Shown: positions 1 to 12,051 of the stretch, one piece after another
Position numbering within the stretch: position 1 is the first letter of the stretch
Layout of the letters: each line of letters begins with the position of its first letter
Assembly: GCF_009914755.1 (NCBI RefSeq)
Contig: NC_060927.1
Origin: the human T2T-CHM13v2.0 reference genome, Homo sapiens
Length of the DNA: 64,000 nucleotides
Reading direction: 5' to 3' (one strand)
Notes under the pieces: generated by a model
Told to the model about the DNA's origin: nothing
Seen by the model: only the letters and a program-made list of their open reading frames with translations
Databases searched by the model: none
Program-made: the position numbers and the translations under genes

Positions 1-342
1 CTCTGGAGTTGGGTGACGTGGTTTCTCCCCTTTCTAGATCCCGTGACAGCCATCTTACTACTACTCGCCTTCAGGCCCTGTATTTTTAACCTCGTTGTCA
101 AATGTGTTTCCTCTAGGATCAATGCCATCAAGCTACAGATGGAACCCCAAATGACCTCAACTAACAACTTCTACCGAGGACCCCTGGACTGACCCGCTGA
201 CCCTCTGACTGGCCTAAAGAGTTCTCCTCTGGAGGACACTACAACTGCAGGGCCCCTTCTTCACCCCTATCCAGCAGGAAGTAGCTAGCGCAGACATCGC
301 CCAATTCCCAACAGCAGTTGGGGTGTCCTGTTTAGAGTGGGG
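1..342 (+). mobile_element. ERV9 (HERV9) internal 3' end: env transmembrane/cytoplasmic tail remnant and polypurine tract
   Basis: Frame +1 from base 1 reads LWSWVTWFLPFLDPVTAILLLLAFRPCIFNLVVKCVSSRINAIKLQMEPQMTSTNNFYRGPLD* (TGA at 190-192), a gammaretroviral TM anchor and tail of the ERV9/HERV-W type; followed directly by an LTR12. Confidence 0.85.
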
Positions 343-829
343 CTTCTGGGTCAGGTGGGGACTTGGATAACTTTTGTGTCTAGCTAAAGGATAATAAATG
401 CACCAATCAGCACTCTGTAAAATGGACCAATCAGCACTCTGCAAAATAGACCCATCAGCAGGATGTGGGCAGGGCCAAATAAGGGAATACAAGCTGGCCA
501 CCCGAGCCAGCAGCGACAACCCGCTCGGGTCCCCTTCCACACTGTGGAAGCTTTGTTCTTTTACTTTTCACAATAAATCTTGCTGCTGCTCACTCTTTGG
601 GTCCACACACCTTTAAGAGCTGTAACACTCACTGCAAAGGTCTGCGGCTTCACTCCTGAAGTCAGCAAGACCAGGAAGGAAGAAACTCCGGACACATTTG
701 AACATCTGAAGGAGCAAACTCCTGACACACCATCTTTAAGAACTATAACACTCCCCGCGAGGGTCCACAGCTTCATTCTTGAAGTCAGCGAGACCAAGAA
801 CCCACCAGAAGAAACCAATTCTGGACACA
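343..829 (+). mobile_element. LTR12-family 3' LTR of ERV9, missing its 5' terminus
   Basis: CCAATCAGCACTCTG repeats, AATAAA, GCTGTAACACTCAC U5 repeats; ends CCAATTCTGGACACA; similar to the LTRs at 20.3 kb and 60.7 kb. Confidence 0.9.
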
Positions 830-1288
830 ACATGATATTATTTAAGTGTCCCAAATGCGTAACCTAAATACAGCCATGAGGAAACGTCAAAAGCACACAA
901 ATTAAAGAACAGTCTTCTAAATAACTACCTCATATTTTTTCAAAAATATCAAAAGTAGAATAGCAAAAGACTTACAAACAGATCTAAACTAAAGGAAACT
1001 GAAGAGACAATGCAACCAAATGCAATGTTTGGTCCCAAATTAGATCTTGGCAAGATAAATATATCTATAAAGTATATTATTAGGAAACTGTATGATCTTA
1101 GACAGTAGTATTGTATCTTTGAATTTTATAATTTTCATAATTGTAATCTGGCTGAGATTCTTTTTTTAGGAAATACTGAATAATTTGGAGTATAGAAATG
1201 ATATTTGTGTTTTATTTTCAAAATGTTTATAATATATTGTAGAGAGTGAAAAATCAAATATTACAAATTATTAAAAATTGGCAGATCT

Positions 1289-1651
<363 letters not shown>

Positions 1652-1702
1652 CTAGAAAAATTTTTGGTGAGCTTAAAATTATATCAATTACAACTAATCT
1701 CA

Positions 1703-3770
1703 TGATAAAAAGATCCTCAGAGACTATTATGAACACCTCTTGGCATACAAACTAGGAAATCTAGAGGAAATGGATAAATTCCTGGAAACATACAACCTCC
1801 CAAGATTGAATCAGGAAAAAATTAAAACCCTTAACAGACAAATAATGAGTTCCAAAACAAATCAGTAATAAAAAACTTACCAACCAAAATAAGCCCTAGA
1901 CTAGATGGATTCACAGCTGAATTCTACCACATAAAGAGGTACTAAGAGAAGGTGGTACCAATCCTGCTGAAATTATGCCAAAAAAGTGAGGAGGAGGGAC
2001 TCCTCTGTAACTCATTCAACAAATTGGCATCATTCTAATTCCAAAATCTGACAAAGACACAGTGAAAAAAGATATATGCAGGTCAATATCCTTGATAAAT
2101 ATAGATGCACAAATCCTCAACAAAACACTAGCAAACTGAATCTAGTAGCATATCAAAAAGCTATTTCATCATTTTCAAGGGGGCTTTATTTCTGGGATGC
2201 AAGGTTGTTTCAACATATACAAATCAATAAAAATAATCCACCACATAAATAGAATTTAAAACAAAAACCATGTGATCATCTCAATAGACACAGAAAAAGC
2301 TTTTGATAAAAGCCAACATCCCGTCTTGATAAAAACTCTCAAAAAACTAGGAGGAACATGTCTCATGTTTGAAGGAATATGTCTCAAAATAATAAGAGCC
2401 ATCAAGTGAGACCTAATTAAACTAGAGAGCTTCTGCACAGCAAAAGCCTATGATATTGTTTGGCTGTGTCCTCACTGAAATTTCATCTTGAATTGTAGTT
2501 CCCATAATCCCCATGTGTCATGAGAGGGACCCAGTGGGAGGTAATTGAATCATGGGGGTGGTTACCCTCATGCTATTCTCATGATAGTGAGTGATTTCTC
2601 ACAAGATCTGATGGTTTTATAAGGGGCTTTTTCCCCTTTGCTCGGCACTTTTCCTTCCTGCTGCCATGTGGAGAAGTCGTGTTTGCTTCCCCTTATGCCA
2701 AGATTGTAAGTTTCCTGAGCCTTCCCAGTCCTGTGGATCTGTGAGTCAATTAAACCTCTTTCCATTATCAGTTACCCAGTCTCGTGTATTTCTTCATAGC
2801 AGTGTGAGAATGGACTAATACAGACTATCAATAGAATAAACAGACAACCTACAGAATTGGACAAAATATTTGCATACTATTCCTCAGGCAAAAGTCTAAT
2901 ATTCAGAATCTATAAGACACTTAAAGAAATCTACAAGCAAAAAAAAAAAAATGGGTAAAGGACATGAACACTTATCAAAAGAATACACACAAGCAGCCAA
3001 CAAATATATGAAGGAATATTGAGCATCACTAATCATCAGAGAAATGAAAATTAAAACCACAATGAGATATATTCTCACACCAGTCAGAATGGCTATCATT
3101 AAAAAGTAAAACTATAACAGATCTTGGCAAGGTTGTGTAGAAAAGGGAATGCTTACACAATGTTGGTGGGAATGTAAATTATTTCATCCGCTGTAGAAAG
3201 CAGCTTGGAAATTTCTCAAAGAACTAAAAATCAAACTACCATTCAACCCTGCAATTCCATTGCTGAGTATATAACTGAAGAAAAATAAATCATTCTACCA
3301 AAAAGACACATGCATTTGTATGTTCATCACAACCCTATTCACAATTGCAAAGACGTGGAATTAACCTATGTGTCCATCAATGGTGGATTTGATTTAAAAA
3401 TGTGGTAAAAATACACCATGGGATACTATGCAGCTGCAAAAAAGAATGAAATCATGTCCTTTGAAGCAGCATGGATGGAGCTAGAAGCCATTTTCCTAAA
3501 TGAATGAACACAGAAACAAAACCAAATACCACGTTTTTATTTGTATATGGAAGGTAAACATTGGGTACACATGGACAGAAATATAGGAACAATGGACACT
3601 GGAGACAAGGAAGGGGCAAGGGTTGAAAAACTACCTATTAAGTACCATACTCCCTACTTGAGTGACTGGTTTAATTCTACCCCAAACTGCAGCATCACGC
3701 AACATACCCTTGTAGCAAACCTGCACATATACCCCCGAATCAAAAATAAAAGTTGAAGCTTAACAAAAAA
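1703..3770 (+). mobile_element. L1 (L1PB-class) ORF2 fragment and 3'UTR, internally deleted and interrupted by a THE1 LTR
   Basis: ORF2-like sequence (GAGGAAATGGATAAATTCCTGGAAACA; GGGATGCAAGGTTG) and a 3'UTR ending AATAAAAGTTGAA plus A-tail. Confidence 0.9.
2451..2822 (+). mobile_element. THE1-type MaLR solo LTR
   Basis: Starts TGATATTGTTTGGCTGTGTCC, ends GACTAATACA; 5-bp TSD GCCTA/GACTA. Confidence 0.9.
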
Positions 3771-3843
3771 GTATGTCAAAATTTAAAGACATCCAGCTAG
3801 AGTTTTCCTAAGTGTACAGATATTAATACAAAAAGTGAGGTGA

Positions 3844-4137
3844 GCCGGCCGCAGTGGCTCACACCTGTAATCCCAGCACTTTGGGAAGCCGAGGCGGGCG
3901 GATCACGAGATCAGCAGATCGAGACCATCCTGGCTAACACGGTGAAACCCCATATCTACTAAAAATACAAAAAATTAGCTGGGCATGGTGGCAGAGGCCT
4001 ATAATTCTAACTACTTGGGAGGCCGAGGCAGAGAATGGCGTGAACTGGGGAGACAGAGCTTGCAGTGAGCCAAGATGGCACCACTGCACACCAGCCTGGG
4101 CGACAGAGCGAAACTCCGTCTCAAAAAAAAAAAAAAA
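3844..4137 (+). mobile_element. Alu (AluY-like)
   Basis: Diagnostic GAGACCATCCTGGCTAACACGG and GAATGGCGTGAAC; TSD AAAAAGTGAGGTGA. Confidence 0.95.
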
Positions 4138-4507
4138 GTGAGGTGATGCCATCACAATAACTTGACACATGTGTTTAGCATTAGATTAGTATGTTAGAAT
4201 GACTAATAACTGGTATGTTAAATAAATATAAGTGGGAATATAAAAGAGTCTCATAAAGTTTTGAATAAAAATGTATCAAAAGATTAATATTTACAGGTCA
4301 AGATGACAGGAATCTTAAATACACAAGAGTATGTTACTCAAGGATGCACATAGATCAAAGTAGCTATTGTAAAGGTGTATTGTATAAACAGATTTAATAA
4401 ACCAGAATGCACATCTATGTAGAAAGAGGTACAGACTTCAAGAAATGAGAAGGAAAGCAGCATTAAAAAAAAAACAACAACTTAAAAATAAAACAAAAAG
4501 TGGCATT

Positions 4508-4790
4508 ACTTTGGAAGGCTGAGGTAGGCAGATCTCTTGAGCCCAGGAGTTCGAGGCCAGCCTGGGCAACATGGCAAAACCCATCTCTCCAAAAAAAAAA
4601 AAAAAAAAAGAAAACCAACTATGAATAGTGGTGCATGCCTGTGTTCCCTGAAGTGGGATGACCACTACAGCCTGGGAAATCAAGGCTGTAGTGAGTTGTA
4701 ACGGCACAGCTGCTCACCAAATGGAGTGACAGAGCAAGACCTGTCTCGTTAAAAAAATAAAAATTTAAAAAAAAAAATATATATATATAT
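4508..4790 (+). mobile_element. Old Alu (AluJ-like), 5' truncated
   Basis: TTGAGCCCAGGAGTTCGAGGCCAGCCTGGGCAAC; diverged right arm; A/TA tail. Confidence 0.85.
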
Positions 4791-5084
4791 ACACATAGCA
4801 TTGCCTACTTTCATCAATATTATCCATCATGAAATTATGAGTGTAGTTACTTAACTTCTCCTTACATTTAGAACTATTTAGAACAATTATTTACATTTAG
4901 AACAGTCCTTTTAAAGGTAAAGACAATAAAATATGTTCATTGAAATTGCAACTGTTAGCAGGACCTTGACATTTACAACAGTATTTCCCCAATGTAGTTT
5001 CCTGCCCCTCAACCCTTCACTCATCCCCCACTTCCCTAGACCATAACTGGAGGGCTTAATAATTTCAATTCAATAAACAACATG

Positions 5085-5480
<396 letters not shown>

Positions 5481-7125
5481 CTAGTTGCTAGTAAATATTT
5501 GGAGTAAAGAAAATGAAATCTTTGAGGGATAGTACTTAAAGCAATAAAAAATATATATGAAAGAGTATTTAATTGTTATGTCCACTACTTTATTTGGCTT
5601 CATTTGTTTAATAATTGCTAAGCTGATGTGCTGCCTTAATCTTGGAAAGCTTTCAGGCACAAACAGGAGCAAATTTGTTGTTAGTTTTAAAACGTATTTA
5701 TTTTATTGTTAATATATTTTGGTAGCCTTTTGCAATACCATGGAGTAGCATTGAATATATCATGGTGACTATTGTAAAACAACTCTGGAAATATGCTGTT
5801 CTTCAGGGAAAATCATGTGGTTTCACTGTGCTTAGGTGACAAGTGACAAAGAACAAACAAATCAGAAACAAATCAGTCACCAGTAACATTTTTTCCCTTG
5901 ACTGAGCTTTTGTCATTGTCACAAAAATTGCAGAATATTGGAGACTTGGACCACATAAAGCTTTAAGCATTCATTTTCTTTTTTGTGATTTTTTTTCCCA
6001 CCTCATTTTGTTGTATTTTAAATGGAATTTGTTTCAGTTTCCAGCTGCTGCATATCCCACAGCAGTGAAATTCTGATATGATGCTTTCAAAAGACTTAAA
6101 TAGTTTCAGTGATTATTTAGGCTTAGCAGTTTGTGGGATAATAAGTTGGAGTTTACCACTGGTAGCATTTTAAATGAGCGAACTTCATTTAGGAGTGAAG
6201 AGGTCAGTAATTCAGAATGTTCTATTTCAGTTGGAGAAGAAAAGCAGATCACAAAGAGAGTCCCAGTAGACCCCATGATCAAGCAGAAAGCAGAGGATGG
6301 AAATTAGGGAGGCTGCAAATCTAGGAATCAGTAGCATTTCCAAGGAGAGAAAAATAAAATAGAAATAAAGGTTGGTAAGGATATAGTTTAAAGGTACCCA
6401 GGAGAAATCCTCCTGGAGTTTTGAGTGATGATCCTTTCATGAACAGCAGGAGGTTGAGTAATATACTTGCATTTGCTATTTTGACTGTACATACTAACCT
6501 ACCAGTATTTTGCATTCCAATAAAAGAAATGATGTTTAAATTATTTCTGTTAATTTTATTCTAAATATTCCAAGGAAATCAAAGAAATTCCATACCAGTG
6601 GTTCTTTCTGTAATATGCCAGGATTAATGTATTCAATTTTGAGTGCATAAATTAAGGTCTGCTAATTTGATTAGTTTTGTTTTAGCAAGGAAAATTGATA
6701 CAATCCTTCACCAGGAAATGGTAGTTCAGTAATACCAATTGATGTTAATTTTCACTCATTTTGATTCTCAATATAAAGGTGAACTGAATATAAACAAAGA
6801 GTTTATCACTTAGGAATCAGTAAAAGTACTGTCTTAAAGATGCATTGAACCCCTGTAGGCAAGAGAGAGGTGGAGAGACAGAAAGAAACAGAGAGAGGGA
6901 GAGAGGAATGCAATATTTTGAATTGAAGAAACATTACCCAGTGCACTATATTTTACGTTTTAAATTATTTTGCTGAAGTAATTTCTCACTTTTTGTTCAA
7001 AAGTTACATACAGCCTTATTACTCCTTGTATACCCCTAAATTCTATCAAACAAGAATAGGTAACTTTTAGCATTAGTTTAGCACTTGAACACATATATAC
7101 ATTCAAGAGGGACATTAATTGAACT

Positions 7126-7855
7126 TGTTACTGTCGGAAGCTAGTCAAGCATGAGCAGTGCAGGAGAGGGCTCCCGAGGGTCAGGCGAACATCAGGTGAT
7201 GGTCAGGTGGTTGTTAACTGTCTCTCTAAAATAATAATTGGTTGCAGCCAGCGCCAGGAAAAGGCATTCTCGCAACAGATAGAAAAAACCTGGAACTGGT
7301 GATCAGCAGCTTCCCAATAAGATCCCAGGAGTTGGGCCAGTGGGATCAAGCAGGCTAATTAAGAGACAAAATAGTGTTTATCTGGTCTATAATATTGTAG
7401 GGACATTTGACTCATAGGGGAAGAATGCCTCAAATGAGCATGCATATAACCCCAGTAAACACACTGCACGTTTCCCTCCCAAATGCTTGCAGGCCACTGC
7501 ATATGTAAACAGCCTACCCCAAGGGAAGACTCAAGGGAGAAGGAATGCAAAGCCCCAGACGTATGTCAACATACAAAACCCAAGTCAAGGGTCAAACAGC
7601 ATGCTTGATCTCTCAAGTTACCCGCTTGGCCCACTTCCAAGTGATTTTACTTCCTTTCATACATGATCTAAAGCTTTTTAATAAAATTTTGTTCCTGCTC
7701 TAAAACTTGTCTTGATCTCTCCTTCTGCCTTATGCCCCTTAGTCGAATTCTTTCTTCTGGGGAGGATAGAATTGAGGTTGCTGCAGATGCATATGGATTT
7801 GCCACTGGTAACGTACTTTAGTGTCTTCTGACTCGAATATGTTCCGCTGCTAACA
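7126..7855 (+). mobile_element. ERV1 solo LTR, MER50-like
   Basis: TGTTA...TAACA termini; CATCAGGTGATGGTCAGG and CTCTCTAAAATAATAATTGG motifs; AATAAA at ~7680; near-TSD AACT/GACT. Confidence 0.75.
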
Positions 7856-8035
7856 GACTCATCATTACATTTAATAATGTGTGTATATAACTTCCATTGT
7901 GTTATTTATTTTTGAAGATTGCACTTAGATGTATAAGCGACATGTGTATGGTCCACTTTTACACAGCTTTTGTTCGTCCATTCAAAATATCTGCTAATTC
8001 CATAATAAACTTTCTATGAAAGAAAGTACATTTTA

Positions 8036-8340
8036 GGCTGGGCGCAGTGGCTTACGCCTGTAATCCCAGCACTTCGGAAGTCCGAGGCGGATGGATCACG
8101 AGGTCAGGAGATCGAGACCATCCTGGCTAACACGGTGAAACCCAGTCTCTACGAAAAATACAAAAAATTAGCCGGGCGTGGTGGCAGGCACCTGTAGTCC
8201 CAGCCACTCGGGAGGCTGAGGCAGGGGAATGGCATGAACCCGGGAGGTGGAGCTGGCAGTGAGCCAAGTGTCACGCCACTGCACTCCAGCCTGGGTGACA
8301 GAGTGAGACTCCGTCTCAAAAAAAAAAAAAAAAAAAAAAA
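8036..8340 (+). mobile_element. AluY
   Basis: Diagnostic AluY positions; perfect 15-bp TSD AGAAAGTACATTTTA. Confidence 0.95.
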
Positions 8341-8857
8341 CAGAAAGTACATTTTAGTTAATCCAAGTCATTCTGGGTTTTAGAAATCTAATCTGGAAAA
8401 ATCCCCAATAATATCTTTATTCTCCACTTGATTTCTATAGACAAAAGATTAGCAGTAAATAGTTTTAATTAAAAAATCATTGGGGAGTACAGTGATGGCA
8501 TTAGAAGTTTCTAAGTAATGGAGAATATGGTGAGATACCTTCATGATTGAAGCTATAATATACATTTGATGCCAATTTGGGGGATTTGAGAATCAATGAA
8601 TCCCCATTAACATCTGAAGAGGCAGTTGATGTAGTCAGTGAAAAATTGAGTGTGTATTTGTCTTTATTTTATACTGAAGACATCAAAAATTTAAATTATA
8701 AAAACTAGTTTTAATTTTCTCTTGTAATTTTAAAGCCTTTCAAATAGCAGGTGACTTTGAAAGTCATTCACTGTCACTGACAAGGACTACTGGGCATGAT
8801 TAAAAAAAGTATGAATTTGGGGTTTAGAAGATGTGAGTTCAAGTCACTGATCTATTG

Positions 8858-8858
<1 letters not shown>

Positions 8859-8889
<31 letters not shown>

Positions 8890-9171
8890 AGACAGAGTCT
8901 GGCTCTGTCCCCCAGGCTGGAGTGCAGTGGCACCATCTCGGCTCACTGTGAACTCTGCCTCCCGGGTTCACGCCATTCTCCTGCCTCAGCCTCCTGAGTA
9001 GCTGGGACTACAGGCGTCCGCCACCACACCCTGCTAATTTTTTTGTATTTTTAGTAGAGACAGGGTTTCGCCATGTTGGCCAGGATGGTCTCGAACTCCT
9101 GACCTCATGATCCGCCCACCTCGGCCTCCCAAAAGTGCTAGGATTACAGGCTTGAGCCACCGCGCCCAGCC
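8859..9171 (-). mobile_element. Alu (AluS/Y)
   Basis: Poly-T followed by reverse-complement Alu; TSD TTGCTTT. Confidence 0.95.
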
Positions 9172-9722
9172 ATGTTGCTTTCTTCTTCGTGACCTTGAGA
9201 AATCTTCTATTTTATTTTAAAAATAAAATCGGAAAAAAGATAAATTGTGCATAATAAAATATTTGAGAATACAATGCTATAATATTTCATAATTTATACA
9301 ATATTTCCATACTGTTTTATTTTTGAATTTCAAAAATACGCACATATAAAATGTTGGAGAGATACGTAAAGTAAAAAAAGTAAAATTTTCCTTCTCTCCT
9401 ACTTTCATTATTAAGCATTAGTTATAAAAATTGCAGAATAAAATTTTCCTGGGAACATACAGATTTTTAGTGATTGTTTTATTGTTGTGCCCTTCACGTT
9501 ATGACATACTAAAACAAACACATGAAGTTTGACAACTTGATATTTCCACTAAATTATATTTTGTGGACAGAATTCCTTCTAGAAACCAGTAGGAGATAGA
9601 TATAAGCAGAACAAGTAGGAGACACATACAGAGAGATGACAGATATATAGATGATAGATAGATAGACATATATTGATTAATTGATAGCTGGTAGATGGAT
9701 TAGACAAATAGGTAGATGATAG

Positions 9723-10277
<555 letters not shown>

Positions 10278-10959
10278 ACTGAGGGGATGGCTAAAACTTG
10301 GCTAAACAAGCCACCAGGAAGGGCAGGCTGGATCTCTCAGCTGAAGCTGCTGCTCATAGGTAGAATTTTTTCTTCTTCAGAGAAGGCTCACTTCTGCTCT
10401 CAAAAATTTTGCAACTGATTGAATCAGTTTCACCCAGATTATCTAAAATAATCTCCCTTCCTTAAATCATCTGATACAAATTTTAATCAAATCTACAAAA
10501 TAATTTCACAGCAACAGCTACATTAGTGTTTGATTGAATAACTTAAATGGTAGCCTGGCTAAGATGACACATCAAAAAGACCATGAGAGAGTTTGAGCCT
10601 TATTTGTCCAAAACATAAACCAACTGAGTAACACAGCCTTTGTTTGACTTTACTGCTTTGTTCTCCCCTGACACCCCAGTCTTCATCCGTAGGAGAATAT
10701 CCTTACATAAACTACCTGCATTGCAAACAGTTGTTATAGAGTCTCATTTGGAAGATGGAGGGACAATTTGAGATCATTAATATCATAGTAGCCTTAGAAA
10801 GCAGACTGTCAAGACAGGATCTTGGAAATGGATCATCCAGAGGTCAGATAGTAATAAGGACTCCATTGATATTGATGGTAGGGGAGTACTAATAACCCCT
10901 GACAGGCAGAGACGTTAACATTGCTGAGAATCTCATTGGTGGAATATATCAGTGAGATT

Positions 10960-11386
10960 TGTATTAGTTTCCTGTGGCTGTCATAACAAGTTACCACAAA
11001 CTTGGTGGCTTATAGCAACAGAAATTTATGATTTGACAGGTTCAGAGGCCAGGAGTCCAAAATCAACATATTGGCACAGCTGTGCTTTTTCTAAGGTCTC
11101 CAAGCTCCCTTTTGGTCTCTGGTGGCTACCAAGAATCCTTTGTGTACCTTGGCTTGTAACCTTCATTCACTTGACCTTCTCCTTTGAGTACATCTTATGT
11201 CCCAGCAACCAATGCTATTGTCTTATAAAGACACATATTATTCCATTTAAACTTCACACAGATGATCCAGCATAAACTCCTCAGATCGTTAACTTGCTCA
11301 TGTATTTTACCACATAAATCAATATTCACAGGATCAGGGGGTTAGGACATAGACGTATGTTTTAGGGACACATTGAACATACTACA
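10960..11386 (-). mobile_element. MLT1 MaLR LTR
   Basis: TGTATTAGTTTCCTGTGGCTGTCATAACAAGTTACCACAAACTTGGTGGCTTA start; ends ACTACA. Confidence 0.85.
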
Positions 11387-11394
11387 GGGTAGAG

Positions 11395-12051
11395 AGTGAA
11401 ACTATATATATACACATAGTGAAACTATATATATATATAGTGAAACTATATATATATATAGTGAAACTATATATATATATAGTGAAACTATATATATATA
11501 TAGTGAAACTATATATATATAGTGAAACTATATATATATACACATAGTGAAACTATATATATATACACATAGTGAAACTATATATATATACACATAGTGA
11601 AACTATATATATATATACATAGTGAAACTATATATATAGTGAAACTATATATATATAGTGAAACTATATATATATAGTGAAACTATATATATATAGTGAA
11701 ACTATATATAGTGAAACTATATATATATAGTGAAACTATATATATATAGTGAAACTATATATATATATAGTGAAACTATATATATATAGTGAAACTATAT
11801 ATATAGTGAAACTATATATATAGTGAAACTATATATATATAGTGAAACTATATATATATAGTGAAACTATATATATAGTGAAACTAGTGAAACTATATAT
11901 ATAGTGAAAATATATATAGTGAAACTATATATAACTATATAACTATATAGTTATATAGATATAGCTATATAACCATATAGTTATATAGATATAACTATAT
12001 AACTATATAGTTATATCGATATAACTATATAGTTATATCGATATAACTATA
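11395..12051. repeat. AT-rich minisatellite: about 28 units of AGTGAAACT(AT)n followed by palindromic TATAACTATATAGTTATA units
   Basis: Read directly from the sequence; units counted by GTGAAA core. Confidence 0.95.

Noticed and set aside
11395-11930. Constant repeat with variable spacers, superficially CRISPR-like
   Set aside because: The spacers are only (TA)n, the repeat is 9 bp, there are no cas genes, and the DNA is primate.
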